From the NCBI GenBank assembly GCA_951406725.2, contig OX597826.1, positions 25,482,001-25,546,000 of the forward strand: 64,000 nt of DNA. Reading direction: 5' to 3'. This document shows positions 1-11,805 of the stretch, piece after piece. The translations under genes and the position numbers were made by a program. Positions within the stretch are counted from its first letter, which is position 1, and the number at the start of each line of letters is the position of its first letter. The notes beneath the pieces were generated by a model that saw only the letters and a program-made list of their open reading frames with translations, did not search any database and was not told where the DNA came from. The DNA is from Octopus vulgaris. Lineage: Eukaryota.

Positions 1-19
1 TGCGGGTGCTAGCATTAGC

Positions 20-93
20 ACTATCATCATCATCATCATCATCATCATCATCGTCATCAATAATAATACCAAGAATCACAATAATAACGGCGG

Positions 94-144
<51 letters not shown>

Positions 145-267
145 AGCTAATATCGATAGCGGCAGTAGTAACAAATATGAGCAGCAGCAGCAACAGCAGC
201 AGTAACAACAACATTGATAGCAGAAGTAGTAGCAACAACAATAGCGGCTGCAGCATTGGTAGTAGTC

Positions 268-301
<34 letters not shown>

Positions 302-1251
302 CAGCAGCAGCAGCAGCAGCAGCAGCAGCTGTAGCACGAAGACGACGACGACGACGACGACGACCACCACTACCACAACTAACAGGAGAATGAGTTGTAA
401 GGTCAACAACCGCAAAACCTGAAATATTAGCGAAAAGGAAGGAAGAACAGCTACAGCAGCAGAAGCTGCAATAACAGATGCAGCAGCAGCAGATGTAATC
501 GTGGCGGTATTTGCAGTATCTGCAGCAAGGGAAAACAACGGCAGCAACAACAGCAACAGCAGCATTAATGAAAGCGAAGACACAGTAGTAATGACGTAAC
601 TAATCTGACAATTAATAGCAAAGGACAAAAGTTGCAGCAACGGTGAATAAACAGCTGCAGTTACACGAGAAACCAATTGCAACAACAGTGCATAACTACA
701 GCATCAGTTGCACAAGGAGCTGCAGCACAAGGAGCTTCAGCAGCAAAACCCAACTGTTGCAGCAGCTCACACCAGTTGCACCGTCATCAGCAGCGCACAC
801 CAGTCGCATTATCTTCAGCAGCAGCACCCAGCCGTTGCATCATCGTCACCAGCAGCACGTAACTGTTGCATTATCTTCATCAGCAGCACCCATCAGTTGC
901 ATCATCGTCACCAGCAGCATGTAGCAATTTCCATCATCTTCATCAGCAGCATCCAGATATTGCAACAACAGTAGCACGAACTTTTGCAGCTGTACCCTAT
1001 GTCGTATGTGGTTCATAACTGCGCGCAACAGCTGCATACGACTACAACAGTCTTATACATACAACTGTTGCAACATCAGCGGCAGCACACTGCAGTAACG
1101 GCAGCGGTGGTGTAAAACAATTTCGACAATGTCGGACTGGATAACAATTGCAGCAATTGCACACAAGAGTTGCGTTGCAGTAACTGCAATAAAATAAACG
1201 ATAACTGAAACAGCAACATGAATGAATGTAATGTTAACGGCCATTCATCTA

Positions 1252-1284
<33 letters not shown>

Positions 1285-1320
1285 CAACTGCAGCAGTAGT
1301 AATATCTGCTGCAACATGAA
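20..1320. repeat. Compound trinucleotide low-complexity region (CAT, CAG, TAG, GAC) with an embedded ~30-bp minisatellite
   Basis: Pure (CAT)n, (CAG)n, (TAG)n, (GAC)n runs; repeated cagttgcatcatcgtcaccagcagca-like units at 770-955. Confidence 0.9.
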
Positions 1321-1415
1321 AGTAGATTTTCCTGATATGACCAGTTTTGGACAGCAAATGAATAAAATAGGAAAAAAACAAAAGAAAATTTTAACGTAAT
1401 CTTTTTGGAAATAAT

Positions 1416-1578
1416 AGGCGTAGGAGTGGCTGTGTGGTAAGTAGCTTGCTTACCAACCACATGGTTCCGAGTCCAGTCCCACTGCGTGGCACCTTGGGCA
1501 AATGTATTCTACTATAGCATCGGGCCAACCAAAGCCTTGTGAGTGGATTTGGTAGACGGAAACTGAAAGAAGCCCGTC

Positions 1579-1661
<83 letters not shown>

Positions 1662-1905
1662 TACATACACACACACACACACATATATATATGTGTGTGT
1701 GTGTATAAGTTTGTATGTCTATGTTTGTCCCCCCAACATCGCTTGACAACCGATGCTGGTATGTTTACGTCCCCGTTCGGCAAAAGAGACCGATAGAATA
1801 AGTACTAGGCTTACAAAGAATAAGTCCTGGAGTCGATTTGCTCGACCAAAGACGGTGTTCCGGCATGGCCACAGTCAAAATGACTGAAACGAGTAAAAGA
1901 ATAAA
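1416..1905 (+). mobile_element. tRNA-derived SINE, family A, full length
   Basis: A box tggctgtgtgg, B-box-like gagtccagtccc, CORE-like caccttgggcaa, internal (AT)n/(GT)n, tail gcatggccacagtcaaaatgactgaaacgagtaaaaga; many copies in the window. Confidence 0.92.
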
Positions 1906-1924
1906 AAAAGTATAATAATCAAAT

Positions 1925-2250
1925 AAATCGATCGAAGACTTATTCTTAAGCCTGGTATCTTGGTACCTACTTTATCGTTTTTCTTTTGCCGAACCGCGTA
2001 AGCGTGTCAACATTGGTTGTTAAGTTGTAATGGGAACAAACATATACTCTCTCTCTCTCTCAAATATACACACACACACAAACACAATTGACTTCTATAC
2101 AGTTTCCGTCTACCACATTTATTCATAAGGCAATGGTCGACCTGGGGCTATACTAGTAGACACTCGCCCAAGGTGCCGCGGAGTGGGACCGAACTCAAAG
2201 CCACTTAGTTGCAAAGCGAGTTTCTTAACCACACAGCCATGCCTGCGCCT
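1925..2250 (-). mobile_element. SINE family A, diverged copy
   Basis: Reverse complement of head (aaccacacagccatgcctgcgcct) and body (agtttccgtctacc, cccaaggtgccgc). Confidence 0.8.
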
Positions 2251-2739
2251 GCTTTTGTATGGATTTAATTCATCTGTTTCGGTCGAATGTTGAAATTCGC
2301 TTTGTAATCCCTAGACCACTGCGTAGTGCAACGAGGGTAAGTCACATTTTCGAGTCGATTTAACTCTTGTGAATGGAATTGGGGTGACGGAAACTGTGTG
2401 GAATCCCGCCAGATTGGTTGAACTTGTAATGCAAAAGTTACAGCAATGATGCACACCACTGCATCATAATAATTCCGCCTGAGAATTACAATAAGAAAAC
2501 ATGTGTCTTAGGAATACTCAGCCACTTGACATGGTAATTCAATGAGAGAGTAGTTCATTTGATCGAGCAACGCGGCCTTCATCGTCGAAAATGGTGAAGA
2601 TCCATTTATTTTCTTATCATCACCACGTAACCTAGTTGACACCATCCCTACCATGCTCCTGTTCCTCCTGTTCCGCCTTCTCTTCTTCACCTCCCCTTCT
2701 CCCCCACACCCCCTCATCCTCCCTCACACCCCTCCCCCA

Positions 2740-2902
2740 CATCCCCTCCTCATCGTTATCATCGTCGTTGTCATCACCGTTATCATCAACGTCGTCGTCA
2801 TTGTCATCGTCATAACCATCATCATGATTGTAGTCGTCGTCGTCATCATCATCATCAGTAGCAGCAGTAGTAGAAGCAGCCATAGTAGTAGTAGAAGCGG
2901 TT

Positions 2903-2935
<33 letters not shown>

Positions 2936-2992
2936 CAGTATCGTCGTCGTCATCGTTGTCTTCGTATTCCTCCTCCTCCTCCCCATCATCCC

Positions 2993-3039
<47 letters not shown>

Positions 3040-3040
3040 C

Positions 3041-3072
<32 letters not shown>

Positions 3073-3090
3073 CTACCACCATTACCCTGA
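2740..3090. repeat. (CAT)n/(CAG)n/(CGT)n microsatellite cluster
   Basis: Direct inspection. Confidence 0.9.
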
Positions 3091-3519
3091 ATACCACTAT
3101 TAACACCACCAATGCTCTAATATCGAACCTTACAACATTGAACACCTCCATATATATACCCTTTCTACCACCACTCGCTGACGATACAACTGGGAAGCTT
3201 CTGAATGGTTGCACCACCTGCTAAAAATAGCAGTCAAATCTCCCGTCACGTCAACCCCATACAACTTTAAATAAAGATATAATTCATAATTCAGCGTTTT
3301 TTGCATTCCCATCAGCAGTGCCCTCTGGTGGTTTCCTCTCATTCACCCATCTCGTCAGTTCACCTGCTGCACTTCTTTAATAATCAATATTTTCTACAGG
3401 ATGAGAGACGAGTAATTGGTCGGATCCATTGAACTATCGTCTACTTCTAACAGCCTAAGATTCATGGAAATGTAGGCGGCCTCTATCTCGGTTGAAACCC
3501 GACTTCTTTCTTTGCACAA

Positions 3520-3870
3520 CTACGTAGTTAAGAAGCACGCTTTGCGACCACATTGTTTCGAGTTTTGTTCCACCATGCAGCACCTTGAGCAAATGTCTTC
3601 TATCACAGCCGTTGAAAATCCATCGTGTGTGTGTGTGTGTGTGTGTGTTTGTATATGTATGCCCCTTTCCTCCTCACCAACTGACAACTACCGTTGGTTT
3701 GTTCATGTCCCCGTAACTTAGTAGTTCGGCAAAGCAAACCGACAGAATAAGTGCAAGACTTAAAAAAACAAAATAAAACATAAGTACTGGGATCGATTTA
3801 TTCAACTAAAACGCTTCGTGGTGGTGCCCTAGCATGGTCGTAGTTCAATGACTGAAACTAGCAGAAGACA
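3520..3870 (+). mobile_element. SINE family A, diverged copy
   Basis: caccttgagcaaatgtcttctatc, gtccccgtaacttagtagttcggcaaa and the tail gtggtgccctagcatggtcgtagttcaatgactgaaac. Confidence 0.75.
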
Positions 3871-4835
3871 ACAAACGCTCGTAAACAAACAGGATCTTTG
3901 AAATTGAGTAGTGACATCAGCAAAAATCCATCCAATCAAATTACAAGAAACACATCACAGATTTTCGAGCAATGACGTCATCCCAGGTTTGATGCGTGTC
4001 ATCTGAACGTAAATCTCCTCACACAACTCGACGCAGTGTGTGACAAATCTGTACCGTTTGAATTACACGTGCAATCCACCCAAATGGATTCTATACAACT
4101 TCTGTTCATCCATTTTTATACTCAAGATTTTGGTCAGTCAGCCGCCATAGAAACTGACATATGCCCAAGATTCCACAGAGAGGGATCGAACCCGAGACCT
4201 TATGGCTGCGAAATGAACTGCTTAATGATTTGTCCCTATTGCGATCATCAGATGATGATGGCGACGGAGATGATGATAGTGATGATGATGATGAGGGCCC
4301 CCCTTCGACGGCGTACATTCAACACTGGCCAATCCAGATTTGCCATTCCCATCTGTTGTGGTCAACACTTTATGGAGACAGAGTGGTTTCCGACCAAATC
4401 AGATATGTCTCCACCTGGTTCTCTCTCTCTCCCTCTCTCTCTCTCCCTCTCTCTCTCTCTCTCTCCTTCCCTCCAATCAGATGTTCAGATTGGCTGGGTA
4501 TTAACTATATCAGTCTCACTACTCTGCAGATGGGAGATAGTGAGAGAAAGAGATAGATAAATATCAAATAGCGAGACAAGGAGAGGGGGAGATACAGGTA
4601 TTGCCCTCCCTCCTCTCCTCATTATATATCTCCTACATTTATAGATTCGACTGAAATTACTGGCATTAGTAAAGCCACCAATAGGATACTACGTAATGGT
4701 GGTGGTGTGGGTAGTGTTGGTTGGTGGGGGCGTACATTGCTTCTGATGTAGCATGGTGTAGTGTAGAGTGATTTATACCGTTGTGCATAGTGTGGTGTAG
4801 TGTGAATATATATTAATGTGCGTACAGCCATATAC

Positions 4836-4915
<80 letters not shown>

Positions 4916-5217
4916 TGTATGTATGTGTGTTATTATTCAATTTATTTTAAGATTTCTTACCAATAGAGAAACAGCCGGTTTTTAAACCTAGATCCAAGGT
5001 TCCTCCATTGGAATTTCAACATCAACAACAGAGCATTTTTGTATGTATGTACGTACGTATGCATGCAAACATGTATGTATGTATGTATGTATGTATGTAT
5101 GTATGTATGTATGTATGTATGTATGTATGTATGTATGTATGTATGTATGAATGTATGTATGCATGCATGTATGTATGTGTGTATGTACATATGTATATAT
5201 ATATATATATATAATTA

Positions 5218-5257
<40 letters not shown>

Positions 5258-5288
5258 CATTGTCTCCCGAGACAGAAAGGATGCCAAT

Positions 5289-5362
<74 letters not shown>

Positions 5363-5373
5363 TGTATATATAT

Positions 5374-5780
5374 AGGCGCAAGCGTGGTTGTGTGGTGAGA
5401 AGCTTGCTTCCCAGTCACGTGGTTCCGGGTTCAGTCCCACTGCGTGACATCCTGGTTATTTTCTACTATAGCCTCAGGCCGACCTGTGAAGGGATTTGGC
5501 AGAGGGAAACTGAAAGAAGCCTGTCATATTGTGTGTGTGTGTGTTTGTGTACATGCGTGCGTGTGTCTGTGTTTGTGTTTGAACCCCCATCACCACTTGA
5601 CAACCGGTGTTGCTATGTTTACGTCCCCGTAATTTTGCGGTTCGGCGAAAGAAACCGATAGCATAAGTGCTAGGCTTAAAAAAAGAAACGAGTCCTGGGG
5701 CCGATTTGTTCGACAAAAACTTTCAAGGCAGTGCTCCTGCATGACCACATTCAAAGGACAGAAACAAGTGAAAGAATAGT
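5374..5780 (+). mobile_element. SINE family A
   Basis: Head aggcgcaagcgtggttgtgtgg, B box ggttcagtccc, body and tail match 1416-1905. Confidence 0.88.
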
Positions 5781-5783
5781 ATA

Positions 5784-5861
<78 letters not shown>

Positions 5862-6703
5862 ACATATAATCATGTAACGACACACGTACTTTTCACCGCC
5901 CTATCTGCTTCTTTCGCCTTTTCCTCTTCTCTTCTCTGCACTTTTTTCTCTTTCCGACCAAGAGCCAAGCTCGAAACGTCATTTCAAATCTTATTTTCGC
6001 ATCTAAAACTTTCACTGAGCGTCCATCTAATATTTTCATTGTGTACGTCTAATTGACTTTTGTTGTTGTTTCCTCTTTGACAACCGGCGTTGGTTTGTTT
6101 ACAAGCGCGTAACTTAGCGGTTCCGTAGAAAGATTTCAATATAATATGAAACAGACTAAAAATAAGTACCAGTGGCGATTTTGTCGACTTCATCTCACTT
6201 AGCGGTTCGCCAGCATGGTCACAGTACAATGATTGAAACAAGTCAACACGCACGCACGCGCACACACACATCCATACGATGTTCTTTCAGTTTTCACCTA
6301 CCAAATCCACAAGGCTTTACTCGTCCCGGTGCTATAGCAGAAGACATTTGCCCAAGACACTACATAGTAAAATTGAACCCGGAATCATGTGATTGTAAAG
6401 TAAGCTTCTTACAACCCAAGTCGCACCTGAACCTCTGTAATATATATATCATTGGTTAGTTGTCTATTACTCAGAATAAAAACATTCTAAAGATAAATTG
6501 AGCGGTTACATTTTAATATTGTCCACTAATGTATTCTTTATTATGGCGTATAACCTGCCAAAGTGTTATCCATGGTTTACCGACTATTGGCCCTTGGCAA
6601 TGATGACAATTATTGCCAAGAGCAATAGAAAGCACGAAACCTTCGGTAGCAGTCTGACAGGTTATCTGCCGTAATCAGGAACATACTGCTGGACAATATA
6701 GCA

Positions 6704-6784
<81 letters not shown>

Positions 6785-6928
6785 GTCTGTCTGTCTGTCT
6801 ATCTATCTGTGTGTGTGAGCGCGCGCGTGTGTGTATGAGCGTGTGTGTATGAGCGTGTGTGTATGTGTGAGTGTGTAATTATGCATCATAGACAACGAGA
6901 CAAAGTGTACATGCAATATATGTAAGCT

Positions 6929-7144
6929 CAGGCAGTGAGCTGGTAGAATCGTTAGCATGCCGGCTAAAATGCTTAGCGGCATTTCGTCCGTCTTTACGTT
7001 CTGAGTTCAAATTCCGTCGAGGTGGACGTTGCCTTTCATAATTTCGGAGTCAATAAAATAAGTACCAATTGAGAACTGCAGTCGATGTAGTCGATTAAGC
7101 ATCCTCCCCTGAAATTGCTGGCCTTGTGCTAAAATTTGAAACCA
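6929..7144 (+). mobile_element. tRNA-derived SINE, family B monomer with non-Tx1 tail (tail i)
   Basis: Head ggcagtgagctggtagaatcgttagc, B box gagttcaaattcc, Meta-domain-like gcctttcat...ataagtacc, tail ggccttgtgctaaaatttgaaacca. Confidence 0.88.
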
Positions 7145-7214
7145 ACACATATAAGCTTATGTCGTTTGTGGGGTTCGATGGTGCGGGGTATGGAGGCAGA
7201 AAGTCAGTTACGTC

Positions 7215-7920
7215 AGCAGGTGCAACGTGTTATGTATGCTTGTGTATAAAATTGTGTATGGATCAGTGTATATATGCGTTTGCTTATATAAGTGCATGTG
7301 CGTGAATGTATGTGTGTGTGCGCGCGCGCGTGTGTGTGTGCTTGTATATGTGTGTGTGTGCTTGTATATGTGTGTGTGTGCGTATGTGCATGTGAATATA
7401 TATACTTGCTCGTATGGGTGCGGGCGTATATATATGTCTACTTGCAAAAGTGTGTGTATATGTGCATGTGTACGTATGTGTTCGTTTGTGTGTGTATGTG
7501 TGTGCGCGCGTGCATGTATCTATGTGTGTGTATCTATATGTGTGTGTGCGTATGTGTATGTGTGTGAATATATATGATTTGCGTATGCGTGTGGGCGTAT
7601 ATATGTCTACTTGCTTAAGTGTGTGTATATGTGTATGTGTGTGTGTGTGTGCGCGTGCATGTGTGCATGTATATATGTGTATGCGTGTGTGTGCCTGTAT
7701 GCGTGTGAAGATATATATAATTATGCGTATGCGTGTGGGCGTATGTCTACTTGCATAAGTGCGTATATATGTGCATGTATACGTGTGTGCACATGTGTGT
7801 ATGCATGTATGTGTGTGTGTGTATGTATGTATGTGTGTGTGTGTATGAGCATAAATATATGTACAGTATCTATTTGTATTAATGTGCTTATGTTTACGTG
7901 CGCACGTGCGCGCGTGTGAG
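7215..7920. repeat. Compound (GT)/(AT) microsatellite with higher-order periodicity
   Basis: gggcgtatatatgtctacttgc recurs near 7422, 7593 and 7737. Confidence 0.8.
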
Positions 7921-8070
7921 CGTGCTAAACTCTCCTATCGACTAATAGATTGGTTGTTATAGCTGACTCTGACGTCAAATGTCATGTGACTATCACCCAT
8001 CGATACCTCTAAACACCCTACTTCCACAAACCTACTGTTTCTCCACTGCCGGATGCAGCGGCATCCTTAT

Positions 8071-8236
8071 CTATTTCTTTACTACCCACAAGGGGCTAAA
8101 CACAGAGAGGACAAACAAGGACAGACAAACGGATTAAGTGCGTAACTGGTACTTAATTTATCGACCCCGAAAGGATGAAAGGCAAAGTCGACCTCAGCGG
8201 AATTTGAACTCGGAACGTAACGACAGACGAAATACG
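8071..8236 (-). mobile_element. SINE family B (Tx1-type tail), 3' part of the copy interrupted by the LINE
   Basis: Body and tail match array units at 21001-21570; the missing head is at 13502-13564. Confidence 0.9.
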
Positions 8237-8439
8237 AATTTCTTTATTGCCCACCGGGGGCCAAACATAGATATGGACAGTACAACTGATGGGATCAGTG
8301 AATCGATATGATTTTACCGAATGGAATACACAATACAAAAACAATGCAAATGAAGCGATGATCAGGTTACGCTCCGACCCCACAAGCCCCGATCTACCGC
8401 TGATACCTTTTTTTTTTCCCGTCTATTCACACGGTTCCT

Positions 8440-11400
8440 TGCACGCACAACACTCGTGCAACATGCTTCCATCTCTTTTGGAACGTACACTCCGACAGAC
8501 ACCTCTTCTCCAGCCACAGTTTCCTTTTCAAATGAAAAGAAAAAAAAGATCGTAAATTGTGGCCAGAGATAAAGTTGCCTGTCTTAATTCCTTTTATCCT
8601 AGTCTTCCATACTGCCTCTTTTGCTATTGCTACAACCGTGAGAAAACAATTCTTACCTTCGTTCGTTAGAACTCCTGGTGGGTCAATTTTTATAATCGAC
8701 TCAGTCGACAGCTGTACTCTTCCTTCATTTCAGTTATCTCCGGACACTGAACAATAGCGTGAGGGACGGTTTCCCTGTCCCCCACGCAACTTGGACAAGT
8801 CGGCGACTGACGTTTACCATGTCTTGCGAGCTTATCCCAAACGGGCAAGGCACCTCTGTAGCATTGCCAGGTTAAGGACTTTTGGAAGTTGTCCAACGTT
8901 CTCAACCCGAATGTACGATGGAACAGGCTGTCCAGTTGAATAAATCCGAAATCTAGAGTCGACCCCAGACCATCGTCGCATTCAGACTCTACCAACCCAC
9001 TATATAAAATCCGTGTGGAACCCCCACCGGTGGCGTTGCCCGAGCGCCGGAACAGCAAGAGGGCCTTACGGCACTCTTTATGCCACTCACTCGACCTCGG
9101 TCTACGAGAACACCAGGCTTCCTGTTCGCAAAAACTCTTGAACTCAGGGAACATTTGTCTGGCTAGCGGAGACCACACCCGTTCACTATCCAGGAGAATC
9201 CAGAGGTGCCTCAACCTCAACGCATGTCTGCGCATCCTTAACCAAGGCATCCCTAAACCTCCCTTTAAAGGCTTTTGACAGCAGACAGAGCGTTTCACAA
9301 GTGGCGACCTGCCCTTCCACAAAAAGCGAAAGAGCTGTCTCTCCAACCTGATCAACCACAAATCCGGACAGGGCACGACGGTCAGGCGGTAGGTAATGAC
9401 CGATGCGATAAACACATTGGCCACCTCCGCTCTCCATTTCAGGGATAGCCACCGCCAAGACCAGGTCTTGACTACTGCAGCCACCCTGCTCAATACCTCC
9501 GTCCAGTTCTTTTCTATCTGGAGGCCTGGTCCAAACCAGACTCCCAGCAACTTAACCGGTCCCTCCGTCCAGCGCCCAACAACGCTGTCTGAAGGCATCG
9601 ACTTGCCAACCCAGGTGCCGAGCTGCAAGCCGACCGACTTTTCCCGGTTAATCTTTGCTCCTGCTACCTCCTCGTAAGCCTCAATAGTCTTACCTACTTC
9701 ACGTAGGCGTGCTACTCTGGTTACACTGATAGTGATATCATCCGCGAAAGCCGTAATAAACTCCTCTAGTCCTGGTTCTCTCGGGATGCCACTCAACCTT
9801 CGCAGTAATGGCTCGAGAGCCATCACATACAAAAGTGGTGAAAGCGGACATCCTTGACGAACCGAGCGTTTGATGCAGAACGGCTTCGAAAGGAAACCGT
9901 TCACCCGAACTATTGAGTCAATGTTGTGGTACAAAGCGATAAACCCTCTGAGGAAGCCAAGACCCAGGCCAAACCGCGCAAGTACAGTCGCTAGGTATCG
10001 ATGGTCAACCCTATCAAAAGCTTTAGACTGGTCCAAATGCACCAATGCCCCACCTTTGCCAGATTTATTACCAACCTTCTCTATGGTATAGCGAATAAGA
10101 TGGAGGGTATCCTGAATGGTTCTGCCTGGGTTGGCACATGTCTGTGCCTCCCCGACTATACCATTCGCGACACGCGCCAACCTTTTTGCTAGAACCTTGG
10201 TCAAAATCTTCACTTCTGCGTTTAACAGAGTGATGGGCCTGAAATTCTCTAGAACGTCCCCCTTATCCGGGTCCTTTCTGACCAACGTCACTACTCCCCG
10301 GCGCACAGATCTGGGGATAAACCCATTCTGTTTCCAGTTCGCGTACACGTCAGTCAGTAGTTGCCCGAACAAGTCTGGCATATATTTATACAGCTCGTAC
10401 GGAAGACCATCAAGTCCCGGCGACTTACCCGCTTTACAATCGGCCAAAGCCTCCATCACCTGCTCAGGCGTGATTGGCCCTTCGCAAGACTCCGCATCCG
10501 ACCCCGAGAGGCACGGCAGCCCGGCAAGAAAGTCCTCGAGGGCTCTCCCACCACCAGGACCGCCGTCACCTCCGAACAGCTGGACGAAGTACTCCCGAAA
10601 GACCTCACACATTTTCTCGGGTTCGTTTACCAAGACACCATTTTGATTCGTCAAAGACCGAATAGAGGAACTATTTCCTTGCCTAGCTTCCACCACTCGG
10701 GCCCATCCAGCAGCCTTGATTCCTTCACTTTCCATTGCACGTAACTTAGCTCTGGCAATACTTCCCATGTGGTGGGCTTCAAGATGCTGGTTTAACTCCA
10801 GTCTTTTCACCCTCGCTTGGTCTGCATTACCAGTCCTCCAGGCTTCTTCTAGTTCCTTAACTAGACCATCTCCTATTTTACGTCCCTTCTTAGCTAAACT
10901 TATGCAAAACCTAATAGACTCATATTTGATGGCTCTTTTTAGGGCCTACCACCACTTGTTATTAATGATGGTACTTGTTAATGCCCTCTGTATTAACATC
11001 TTGATCCGCTTTCTGTACTCCCCAATCGCCAAAAGGGACGTATTGAGTTTCCAGTAGCCAGATCCCTGTCTATGCAACTTATCTACCGTCAGTTTACAGG
11101 TAACCATCTTGTGGTCACTGTAGCTGACTAGAAAAAACTGTGGACACTCAACTATGGACTTATCTTTTTCTCTAATTAAAATCCTATCTAGATATGTTCT
11201 GGTAGACCCGTCACTATTTGACCACGTCCACTGTGGAGTGTTCGGGTGCTCCAACCTATATGAATCTGCTAGCTGAAATTGACTTAGTATATCACGAAAG
11301 CCTGGGTTACATTTTCTGTTCATGTTCGAGCTCGAGCCAACACAATCTGTGTGCTGCACATATTGTATTAAAGTCTCCTAACAGTACTAGTGAATGCGAC

Positions 11401-11794
11401 GTGGCTAGGAACTTTCCCAGGTCACGAAAATATTCAGTTTGCGGGCCAATAATGTTTGGTGCGTAAATAGTGACTAGCCTGATTGTCTTGCCACAACTGA
11501 ATGTCAGGTCAAGAACGACCAACCTGCCTTCTGGGTCAGAAAAACCAACTTTTTCTCGGCTACCCGGTTTCTTTTTAGTAGGACCAACACCCCACCCCCA
11601 CCTCCTGCCCGACTCGGAGAAACGTATTTCTCGTAGCCGTTCAGGAGGGGGAGCAGATCTCTTGGCCCCTTCACCCGGGTTTCCGTTGCAACAATTACAT
11701 CCAAATTTCTCGACCTGATGTCATTTAGAAAGCGTCCTTGCTTCCAGCTTGACATCAGGCCACGGACATTTATACAACCAATGTGAATAGACAT
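8440..11794 (-). pseudogene. LINE ORF2: APE endonuclease, reverse transcriptase and CCHC finger
   Basis: EN motifs INVRGL, ATETR, IYAPN, LGDFN, YLDRI, SDH, YWKLN split across three ORFs (two frameshifts, stop at 10946); 706-aa ORF 8690-10810 has KSPGLDG, FRPITLLN, DQSKAFDRV, RQGCPLSP, FADDI and CPSC...ETVPHAIVQC; further lesion near 8730. Confidence 0.95.
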
Positions 11795-11805
11795 GACTAA
11801 TCTGT

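Noticed and set aside
6-1460. Poly-S/A/T/Q ORFs
   Set aside because: Translations of triplet microsatellites with no domain or splice context
2330-2345. Consensus donor gag|ggtaagt
   Set aside because: No upstream exon; lies in diverged SINE A-like sequence
9015-11718. Plus-strand ORFs overlapping the LINE
   Set aside because: Antisense shadows of ORF2
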